Source of the DNA: Acidobacteriota bacterium
GTDB lineage: Bacteria > Acidobacteriota > UBA4820 > DSQY01
Length of the DNA: 13,708 nucleotides
Direction of reading: 5' to 3'
Assembly (NCBI GenBank): GCA_049967655.1
Contig: JBMFSH010000055.1
Coordinates: forward strand, 1 to 13,708
The position numbers and the translations under genes were made by a program. The stretch's first letter is position 1. Every line of letters starts with the position of its first letter. Shown piece by piece: positions 5,202 through 12,427 of the stretch. The notes beneath the pieces are model-generated. The model had not been told where the DNA came from, ran no database searches, and was given only the letters and a program-made list of their open reading frames with translations.

Positions 5202-7586
5202 CTAATACACCCTCACGTGGCCGGGCCACAGGTAGGTCGTGAGGCGCGACACCCATCCAGGGGGCTCCCGCTTGGGCAGGGCGAGCGCATCGAGCACCCC
5301 TTGGGCAAACCGGTCGAGGTCCCACTCGGCGGCGATCTCCCGCCCGGCCTCGCCCATGCGGCGAAGGGCCTCCTCCGGCATCGCCTGTGCCTCCATCATT
5401 GCGTGGGCAAGGCCCGCCACATCCGCCGGCTTGAACCGCCAGCCGTTCACGCCGGGCCTCACGAGTGTGGCCGTGGCGCCTGCCCCCTCGCTCGCGATGG
5501 CCGGCACCGCGCAAGCGAGGCCCTCGTTGATCACCAGGCCCCACGGGTCCGAGAGGCTGGGCACGACGAACACCTTCGCCAGCGCATAGCAGGCGCAGAG
5601 GTCCTCGCCGAACCGCGGCCCCGCGAGCAAGATCCCCGGACCGGCCAAACGCGCTATCTCGTCCCGCTGCGGCCCGTCGCCCACCAGCACCAGAGACCAC
5701 GAGCCTTCGCCGTACTCCTCCCGCACCTTGCCGTAGGCCTCAAGCAGAGTCTCCAAACCTTTCCTGGGCAAGAACCTACCCACCCAGAGGAAATAGCTCT
5801 CCGGCAGGCCGAGAGCCGCACGGCGCAACGCCGTATCCGCCCGCGCCGCCGCTGCCGCACGGGCGAAATAGCCGTTGTCCACCGCGTCCACACCGAAGGT
5901 GATCCGCCCCGCGGGAAAGCCGAGCGACTCGTAGTACGGGCGGTGCGACGGCGCCGGCACCAGCGCGCCCTCCGCGCACCGGTAGATGAGCCGCTTCGCC
6001 GTCTTCACCCACCACCCGCGCCGGTCCGTCCACTCCCAGGCGTCGTCCATCAAAAACGTCCTCGCGGCCCTGCGCAGGCCGTACTGGTACGCGGCAATTC
6101 CCTCGGGGAAGGGCGCGGCTGGCGCGAAGACGGCATCCGGCTGGATCGACTCCAGCACTCTCAACACCCGGCGCCGAATGGAACCCGCGTGAAGCGAGTG
6201 ATACACCTGATTCGGAAAACAGCAGACGCGGCGGAAGGCACCCCCCCCCGCCGACTCCGGAAAGGGGTAGGAGAGGTCCCGTGAGGCCACCTCGACCCCA
6301 GTGAGGGACCACTCCCCGCCGGCGGCTAGTCGTTCGGACAGCCTCGAAAGCCTCGCCGTATGGTAGGAAAGATACCTCTGCCAGATCACCGCCACGCGCC
6401 GGGGCCGGTGCGCACCGCCCCGTCGTTTCTCCTCCTTGCGCCGGGGCCGCCGCAGCGCCTCCTCGATGCCGCGCGCAAACCTCTCCACCATGACCGTCAT
6501 CGTGACCTTGCGCGCGGTCGCCAGCGCCCCCTGGAAAAGCCGCCGGTACAGGTCTTCCCGCTCGAACAGCCCGAGCATGGCATCGGCGAGCGCCTGCGGC
6601 TCGGAGGCGCACAGCAGGCCGTTCTCCCCCGGCTGAAGATAGGCGATCTCGGGCGAGTGGTCGCGCCGCTCCGTCGTGACGATGGGCAGGCCCAGCGCGA
6701 ACCCATCCATGATGGCGAGGCCCACCATGCCCGGGTTCAAAAGAAACTTCGATAGTTTCAGGAAGGCGACCTTTTCGCGCCCGTGCCGCGCCCCCAGCCA
6801 CCGCACGAACGGCCGCCGCGCCGCCTCCCGGCGCACCTCCTCCCGCTGGGGCCCGTCGCCCAGGACGAGCAGTTCAAAGGAGGGGAGCTTTGCATGAACG
6901 GCGTCCGCGGCCGCGAACGCGAGATCCAGGGCCTTGTTGGCCGCGAGCGAGCCTAGGCAGACCGCCACTGCCTTCCCCTCGATCCCCAGCTCCCTGCGCA
7001 GACGCTCCAGCTCTTCCCGCGTCACCTCCTCGCCCCAGGCCTGCGCCTGTTCGGTGTCGATGGTGTTGTTGAGGCAGGTGATGCGGTCGGCGGGAAAGCC
7101 GTGGCCCATGACGCGGTCCACCGAGAGCCGCGTGTAGGCGAACCACCAGTCGGCATGGCGGCTGGCCCACGCCTTGGCCATCTCCGCGGGGTGCTCGCCG
7201 CCGCTCCGCTGGAAGTTGGCCCCGTGCCCCCAAAAGGCCACCTTGCGAGCGCCGCCCCCGGTCCCCAGGAGCAACCGATAATTGGTGATCTGCCTGGCTT
7301 CGTGGGTGAGAACCACCAGCGAAGCGCCGCGCAAGAGGGCGGGGGGCACGGAGAGGCAGGAGAACCGCGCCCCCCCGAAGCCCACGTACCGGCACGGGGC
7401 TTGAACGGCCCAGTCGATCTGGGCCTCGTCGCCGCGTTCCCGCTCGCCCCGGTCCGCCGCGCCGCACACCAGGCTGAGCCGTACTCCCCGCCCGTCCAAA
7501 GACGCGCGCAGCCGCTCGAAGAGCGGAACGCGGTACGCCGTCAGGCGGCGCTGGAGGATGAGGACCTCATCGGGACGCGTTGGCAT
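5202..7586 (-). CDS. Tandem GT4-GT4 fusion glycosyltransferase (about 790-810 aa)
   Basis: Module 1 has ILQRRLTAYRVPLFE, WGHG, CLGSLAANK and NPGMVGLAIMDGFALGLPIVT. A basic linker RRPRRKEEKRRGGAHRPRR follows. Module 2 has VAVIWQRYLSYH, WVGRFLPRKG and SLSDPWGLVINEGLACAVPAIAS. Start is ATG 7586 or TTG 7631. Confidence 0.9.
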   Translation of the reverse strand: MPTRPDEVLILQRRLTAYRVPLFERLRASLDGRGVRLSLVCGAADRGERERGDEAQIDWAVQAPCRYVGFGGARFSCLSVPPALLRGASLVVLTHEARQITNYRLLLGTGGGARKVAFWGHGANFQRSGGEHPAEMAKAWASRHADWWFAYTRLSVDRVMGHGFPADRITCLNNTIDTEQAQAWGEEVTREELERLRRELGIEGKAVAVCLGSLAANKALDLAFAAADAVHAKLPSFELLVLGDGPQREEVRREAARRPFVRWLGARHGREKVAFLKLSKFLLNPGMVGLAIMDGFALGLPIVTTERRDHSPEIAYLQPGENGLLCASEPQALADAMLGLFEREDLYRRLFQGALATARKVTMTVMVERFARGIEEALRRPRRKEEKRRGGAHRPRRVAVIWQRYLSYHTARLSRLSERLAAGGEWSLTGVEVASRDLSYPFPESAGGGAFRRVCCFPNQVYHSLHAGSIRRRVLRVLESIQPDAVFAPAAPFPEGIAAYQYGLRRAARTFLMDDAWEWTDRRGWWVKTAKRLIYRCAEGALVPAPSHRPYYESLGFPAGRITFGVDAVDNGYFARAAAAARADTALRRAALGLPESYFLWVGRFLPRKGLETLLEAYGKVREEYGEGSWSLVLVGDGPQRDEIARLAGPGILLAGPRFGEDLCACYALAKVFVVPSLSDPWGLVINEGLACAVPAIASEGAGATATLVRPGVNGWRFKPADVAGLAHAMMEAQAMPEEALRRMGEAGREIAAEWDLDRFAQGVLDALALPKREPPGWVSRLTTYLWPGHVRVY

Positions 7587-7634
7587 GAGCCCTCGGGAAT
7601 CCGGCGTGGATCCTTGCTTGATGAAGCGCAACGG

Positions 7635-8177
7635 TCATCGCAGAGCCGGCTTCGAATGTTCCGGCTTCTTAGCCAATATGATGATGTTGGAGGATAAGGA
7701 GGCAGGGACCAACCAAGCAGGCAGCACCTGCCGGTGCCAGAAAAGCCCTGCTCCCCTCACCAGCACTAATCGAAAGCCCGCACGCACGAGCAGAGCAGTA
7801 ATGCGCGCCCGATTGAAGTCTACTACGTGGCCCCCTCGGAGGCGTCTTTCCCCGTCTTCGTAGGCGGTACTGCCCATTTCCCGCGGCAAGTTCCCCGAGG
7901 CTGCGCAGAAGGAATCAGTCTGAAAAGGCAGAAGCGCCCTCTCCCCATTTAGTTCGCAAAGCACGTCGCATGGGCGAGCGAAATCCGCTTTAACCCAGAC
8001 CCCTGGCTGGCGACTGACCCGTTCTTGGAATGTGAAATCACCAGCACCCAGTTCCAACACCCTCCTGTAAAAGCGGCGCGAGAGGAAATTTGCGCTGACG
8101 GCAAGTCTATGGCTTTCAGGGACTCCATGGCGAATCAGTGCCCGGTTTGCACCAGAAAAGATCCGGCTTCCTGTCAT
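7635..8177 (-). CDS. Class I SAM-dependent methyltransferase-like protein, apparently missing its central core (possible pseudogene)
   Basis: Motif I-like VLELGAGD, VKAD and LPFQTDSF are present, as is a C-terminal HVVDFN..ITALL..AGF typical of polysaccharide-cluster methyltransferases. The usual D-x..EH..P..L.E..RVLKPGG..SVPN segment is absent. ATG 8177 lies 7 nt after the upstream stop. Confidence 0.65.
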   Translation of the reverse strand: MTGSRIFSGANRALIRHGVPESHRLAVSANFLSRRFYRRVLELGAGDFTFQERVSRQPGVWVKADFARPCDVLCELNGERALLPFQTDSFCAASGNLPREMGSTAYEDGERRLRGGHVVDFNRARITALLVRAGFRLVLVRGAGLFWHRQVLPAWLVPASLSSNIIILAKKPEHSKPALR

Positions 8178-8184
8178 AGGCCGC

Positions 8185-9468
8185 TTAGCCCTTTCCTTCG
8201 AAAACCACTGCCGGCAGGGCCGGCACGGGTCGGCGCATTGAAGGTGGATGAGGGGGGCGCACGGGGGGGAGCGCCCCCATGGCTTCGGCGCGCAGGACAC
8301 CGTAGCCGAGCCCGAGCAAGGAGAACTGCAAGTTCCCGAAGAAGGCGCAGTAGAGCACGATGTTGTCGGTCTTCATCATGATCAGGAAGGGAAGAAAGGC
8401 TGACACGGCGCCGAGGAGGAGCCACCGCACGGGCCCCGCGGCCTTTCGGGCCCTGCGCCAGGCGTGAAGCGCCTGCCCCGCGAGCCCGAGCAGGAAGAGG
8501 CACAGCCCGATGTAGCCGTAGTCGTACTTCAGGCGGATGTAGTCGTTGTGGGGGTGGCCGAGCCCCGGGATGAGCTGGTTCACCAGCTCCTCGGATGCGT
8601 TGGCGCCGTGGCCCAGCCACGGCCTCTGCTGGATCTCCGCGTCGAACACCTGCCACATCATCTCGCGACCGCTCGTCTGAAGGTTCGGGTTGGAGAAGCT
8701 CAGTTCGGACAGCGTCCCCTGCCCCGAGAAGAACATCTTGTGCTGGACCCTGGGCGTATAGAACACAAACACCAGGCCCGCCGCGATGAGCCCGATGAAT
8801 ACGAGGCGCCTGCGCAGTCCGACCTTGCCCAGGCTGAACGGCAACGTCACGGCGGCCGCGGCGATGGCCGTCCGCGTCAGGGCTATCACCGGAATGACGG
8901 CGATGGAGGCCCACCACGCCAGAGCACCCTTTCGGCCCTCTGCGAACTCCGCGGCGAACAAGCTCGCCAGAAGGCACGCCGTGATGGCCTGCGGCGCCAT
9001 CCCGGTGGCCGCGGGGAGCCTGCCCGTCACCAACAGGCCCGTGTTCAAAAGAACGACCACCCAGAGCGCACCGGCCACCCAGCGCATCAACACCCCCACC
9101 ACCGACAACTGAGCGGCAGTGAGCCTGTACGTGGAGAGGGCCTGCCCTACCACGAGCGGACACAACAGCATCACGGACCGCTGGAGCGCGTGCGGGTAGG
9201 GCTCGAAAAGCAAGTAACCAAGCACCCAAAGCGCCCACGGGAGCCAAAGCATAATGGGGAAGGTGACCTTGCTGGCGTTGGCCAGCGCAACAAAGCCAGC
9301 CAAGACAAAGGGGATAACCCACGCCCACCCGCTCAAGCTGAACCCGAAGACCTGCCCGCTGGCCACGCAGGCAACCACCGTGGTCACGACCACCAGCAGC
9401 AACAGGCCGGGCAGGCGCGCCCCCCGAATCGCCGCGTAACTGGCTCGAATATTCCGGACAGGTTTCAT
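8185..9468 (-). CDS. O-antigen ligase / Wzy polymerase family membrane protein
   Basis: Multiple hydrophobic helices, ALTRTA, and a periplasmic loop TSGREMMW...PWLGHG...HPHNDYIRLKYDYGYIG (Wzy_C/WaaL-type HN motif). Start taken at ATG 9468 (MKPVRN); the upstream 74 codons of the track ORF look non-coding. Confidence 0.88.
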   Translation of the reverse strand: MKPVRNIRASYAAIRGARLPGLLLLVVVTTVVACVASGQVFGFSLSGWAWVIPFVLAGFVALANASKVTFPIMLWLPWALWVLGYLLFEPYPHALQRSVMLLCPLVVGQALSTYRLTAAQLSVVGVLMRWVAGALWVVVLLNTGLLVTGRLPAATGMAPQAITACLLASLFAAEFAEGRKGALAWWASIAVIPVIALTRTAIAAAAVTLPFSLGKVGLRRRLVFIGLIAAGLVFVFYTPRVQHKMFFSGQGTLSELSFSNPNLQTSGREMMWQVFDAEIQQRPWLGHGANASEELVNQLIPGLGHPHNDYIRLKYDYGYIGLCLFLLGLAGQALHAWRRARKAAGPVRWLLLGAVSAFLPFLIMMKTDNIVLYCAFFGNLQFSLLGLGYGVLRAEAMGALPPVRPPHPPSMRRPVPALPAVVFEGKG

Positions 9469-9652
9469 GGACGGCTTCTTCCCACTGGGGCGCTCACCAA
9501 GGGCGACTGTCTCCAGAAGGCAGCCGCGGGAACCGCCTGAGCCCCCGCGGGCCCTATAGGTTTTTTGTTGCGAAGGCTCCCCCGGAGGGATCTCAACCGG
9601 TCCCTCCCCCTGCGTTCTTTCGGGCGGGCGCACCTTCCCGATGGACGATGGC

Positions 9653-10645
9653 TTAGGTAGTCCTTGCCCGCCAAAGCGCCTTGAGCCCACGGTAGAGCGC
9701 CCACGAGCCCACCGGCAAAAGCGCCAGCAAATAGAGGGCGCACCGCTTGGTGGTCCACCCGCCCCAGGCGCTGGCCTTGGCGCCCTCAGCGCGTGCGGCG
9801 GCGCGATCCCCCAGCCCGAGGTAGATCACCGAGCGCATGTCGTGCCAGTGCGCGATGTACTGGGCCAGGGAGGCCTTCTGGACAGGCGGCGCCGCCGCAT
9901 AGAGCGCCCGCAGGCCCTCGCCCACCGCATCGAGAGGGTCGGGCACCCGGCCGGGCCGCTCGGCTGGGCTCGCCGGGTACCAAAAGACCGCTCTCGGCTC
10001 GCTGGAATAGGCCACGGGGAACCGGGCCGCGAGCCTCGCCCACGTGAGCAGGTCCTCCCCGGCGGTAACCCCGGCTGGAAAGCCGCCGATGGCTTCGAGC
10101 GCCGCCTTTCTCGCCGCCACGGCCGACGACCAGAGCGGCGGGGCGGAGGCCGAAGCGAGGCGAAAGTAATCCTCAAGAAGCCCTTCCCATGCCCGGCCCC
10201 GCATCCCTCGCACGGGCGCCTGCCTTGGAGCCCCTGAGGTGCGCTTGTAGAAATAGCCCGTGCCGCAAAGGGCCGCTTCAGGGAATTTGCGCCGCAGGCC
10301 AGCGACCGTCTCCAAGAAATCGGGCAGCCATTCGTCGTCCGCGTCCAGAAAGGCCACCCAATCGGCTTTCGCTTCAGCGACGCCGCGATTCCTCGCCGCC
10401 GATACCCCCTGGTTTTCTTGATGCACCATCCGGATGCGAGGATCTTGAAATCGAGAGGCCGCCGCGGCGCTCTCGTCCGTGGAACCGTCGTTCACGATGA
10501 TCAGTTCCCAATCCTGCACGGTCTGCGCCAGGACCGACTCGATGGCCCGCCCCACCGTCGCCTCTTTGTTCCACAGCGGCATGACGATGGAGAAGGCGGG
10601 GGTGGTCACGTGAGCCAGGCGGGGGAGGTGCGTGTGGTCAGGCAT
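9653..10645 (-). CDS. Glycosyltransferase family 2
   Basis: Motifs FSIVMPLWNKE, SVLAQT..WELIIVNDGSTD, QENQGVSAARNRG, the DxD motif FLDADDEW, and GEDL. GTG 10609 is an alternative start. Confidence 0.95.
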   Translation of the reverse strand: MPDHTHLPRLAHVTTPAFSIVMPLWNKEATVGRAIESVLAQTVQDWELIIVNDGSTDESAAAASRFQDPRIRMVHQENQGVSAARNRGVAEAKADWVAFLDADDEWLPDFLETVAGLRRKFPEAALCGTGYFYKRTSGAPRQAPVRGMRGRAWEGLLEDYFRLASASAPPLWSSAVAARKAALEAIGGFPAGVTAGEDLLTWARLAARFPVAYSSEPRAVFWYPASPAERPGRVPDPLDAVGEGLRALYAAAPPVQKASLAQYIAHWHDMRSVIYLGLGDRAAARAEGAKASAWGGWTTKRCALYLLALLPVGSWALYRGLKALWRARTT

Positions 10646-10652
10646 GCGTTAG

Positions 10653-10766
10653 GGGAGACGGGGGACGGGAAGACGGGAGACCGGGGACGGGAAGACGGGA
10701 GACCGGGGACGGGAGACGGGAGACGGGAGACCGGGGACGGGAAACCGGAGACCGGAGACGGGAGAT
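10653..10766 (+). repeat. Short tandem repeat tract, 16 units of (G/C)GG(A/G)GAC-type heptamers (G-rich on +)
   Basis: GGGAGAC GGGGGAC GGGAAGAC GGGAGAC CGGGGAC GGGAAGAC GGGAGAC CGGGGAC GGGAGAC GGGAGAC GGGAGAC CGGGGAC GGGAAAC CGGAGAC CGGAGAC GGGAGAT. Confidence 0.95.
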
Positions 10767-10784
10767 ACAGCCACATGGCGCGAA

Positions 10785-11201
10785 TCAGCCACTGGACTCT
10801 TCATCCCTGACTCCGTAGGCCGATCCTCCACGGGAACGCTCTCGCAAGGAGCTTCGGAGCGCTTGAATCTTCACAAAGAGCTCATGGCCGCTTGTGCGCC
10901 ACAATTGCGATTCCTCTGGCTGCAAATAACCCCGGCGCTGGGCCATATCAAGTGTCGCGATTGTTTCCAGGTATGAGCGGAGCGCCAGCCCAAGGAACCT
11001 GCTCTGCTCCAAATCGGACTGCCCCGTTGAGCCCTCGGCGATATTGAGCACGGCGGAGGTGGCAGCCCGCCGGGCCTGGCTGATGAGGTTGAATTCTTCC
11101 TGTTTCGGCCATGACTGCGTGATTTTGTAAACTTGATCAACATAATCCAAGGCCTTTTGATAGATGAGCAAATCTTGAAACTTATACCGTATACCTTCCA
11201 T
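10785..11201 (-). CDS. Four helix bundle protein (23S rRNA intervening-sequence protein / TIGR02436-like family)
   Basis: KFQDLLIYQKA..Y..T..WPKQEEFNLISQARRAATSAVLNIAEG....SDLEQSRFL.LALRSYLET matches the family pattern (F.DL..WQ.A; P..E.F.L.SQ.RRAA.S...NIAEG). The gene is visibly AT-richer than its neighbours. An alternative in-frame ATG at 11294 overlaps the upstream stop. Confidence 0.92.
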   Translation of the reverse strand: MEGIRYKFQDLLIYQKALDYVDQVYKITQSWPKQEEFNLISQARRAATSAVLNIAEGSTGQSDLEQSRFLGLALRSYLETIATLDMAQRRGYLQPEESQLWRTSGHELFVKIQALRSSLRERSRGGSAYGVRDEESSG

Positions 11202-11292
11202 TTCCCGCCCCCGTCTCCCGTCTCTTCCCCCGTCCCCGGTCTCCCGTCTCCCGTCTCTTCCCCCGTCCCCGGTCTCCCGTCTCCGGTCCCCC
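11202..11292 (-). repeat. Short tandem repeat tract of the same heptamer, inverted (G-rich on -)
   Basis: Minus strand: GGGGGAC CGGAGAC GGGAGAC CGGGGAC GGGGGAAGAGAC GGGAGAC GGGAGAC CGGGGAC GGGGGAAGAGAC GGGAGAC GGGGGC GGGAA, then ATG. It includes a 33-bp higher-order duplication. Confidence 0.95.
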
Positions 11293-11293
11293 A

Positions 11294-12427
11294 TCACTCT
11301 TCCCCGCACAACTCCCGATGCGCCACCGCAAACGCTTCCATGGAGAACCGCCGCGCCACTTCAGCCTTCCCTTGCGCCCCGAACTTAGCGCGTGCCTTGG
11401 GGTCTTGGAGAAGTTCAATGATGGCTTTCACCAGCGCGCTCGCGTCGCCCGCGGGCACCAGCTTCCCGCCGGGCATGCCCTCCAAAATCTCTCTCAGCCC
11501 TTCCACGTCGGACGCAGCAACCGGCAGGCCGGCGGCCAGCCCCTCCACGGCAACCAGGCCGAAGCCTTCGAAGCGGGAGGGCACGGCCAGCACGTCCATG
11601 GCGCCGTAGTAGGCGTGGACGGCTTCGGGCGCAGCCGGCCCGGCCCACACGACGGCGCCTTCCAGGCCCAGCCTGCGCGCCTGGGCCTGAAACGCTTCGC
11701 GGTCCGGCCCGTCGCCCACCACGAGAAGGCGCGCCTCGGGCACCTCCTTCACGACCTCGGCCATGGCGTCGAGGAGAATGTCTTGCCCCTTCTCGCGCCT
11801 CAGCCGCCCCACCACGCCCACGACGGGGCGCTCCGCCAGCCCCAGCTTGGCGCGAAGGGCGGGGCATTCCTGCGCCGCCCGTTTCGAGACGGCCTCCACG
11901 TCCACGCCGGTGTAAAGCGTCCAGTGGCGGCGGCTGTGCACGTCCCTTCCCGCCGTCCACACCTCGCTATCGCCGAACCAGGAGCGCTCCACCGCCTGTG
12001 AGACGCAGAAGAAGGCGGTGCAGAGCCGGGCCGCTGTTCTCAGCAAGAGCCGGGCCTTCCAGCCGTAGGGGGTGGCCGGCTGGTGGACCGTGGCGAAGAG
12101 GCGCCGCGCGCCAGCCAACCGGGCGGCCAGCACGGGCACGAAGCCGGGCGCCACGTACTCCACGTGCACGACATCCGGGCGGGCTTTGCGAATCAATGCC
12201 TTGAGCACTCGGAGGAGACGAAGAAGGCCCTCCCTTCGCCGCAGGTTGAGAAGCGTCACCCTAGCCCCCGCCGCCTGCACCCCCGTAACCATGGCCGGGG
12301 CGTGCTCGTAGTAGCAGACTACCTCCACATCGTGCCCCGCCGCACACAACACCCGCGCCAAAAGTTGGGTATGCCGCTCCGTGCCGCCGAGGAGCAGGAC
12401 GGGGGTGAGGATGAGGGCGCGGGTCAT
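11294..12427 (-). CDS. Glycosyltransferase family 4
   Basis: Motifs LLLGGTERH, RPDVVH, VVGRLRREKGQ, LLVVGDGP and the E-x7-E motif SRFEGFGLVAVEGLAAGLPV. ATGA overlap with the upstream GT9 stop (12424-12427). Confidence 0.95.
   Translation of the reverse strand: MTRALILTPVLLLGGTERHTQLLARVLCAAGHDVEVVCYYEHAPAMVTGVQAAGARVTLLNLRRREGLLRLLRVLKALIRKARPDVVHVEYVAPGFVPVLAARLAGARRLFATVHQPATPYGWKARLLLRTAARLCTAFFCVSQAVERSWFGDSEVWTAGRDVHSRRHWTLYTGVDVEAVSKRAAQECPALRAKLGLAERPVVGVVGRLRREKGQDILLDAMAEVVKEVPEARLLVVGDGPDREAFQAQARRLGLEGAVVWAGPAAPEAVHAYYGAMDVLAVPSRFEGFGLVAVEGLAAGLPVAASDVEGLREILEGMPGGKLVPAGDASALVKAIIELLQDPKARAKFGAQGKAEVARRFSMEAFAVAHRELCGEE

Noticed and set aside
6425..6440. AAGGAGGAG in the GT4-GT4 linker as an internal RBS
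   Set aside because: No in-frame start codon lies at a suitable spacing. The sequence simply encodes KEE.
9524..9570. Intrinsic terminator (CCGCGGG..CCCGCGG hairpin with a T-run)
   Set aside because: The T-run is on the antisense (+) strand and about 10 nt from the stem, so it is not supported as an operon terminator.
10785..11201. 23S rRNA gene or ribosomal protein 'S23'
   Set aside because: The flanks are glycosyltransferase genes with no rRNA-like sequence. The family name is historical.
10653..11292. CRISPR array or DGR
   Set aside because: The units are contiguous 7-8-mers with no spacers. There is no cas gene, reverse transcriptase or TR/VR pair in the window, despite the Avd-like fold of the protein.
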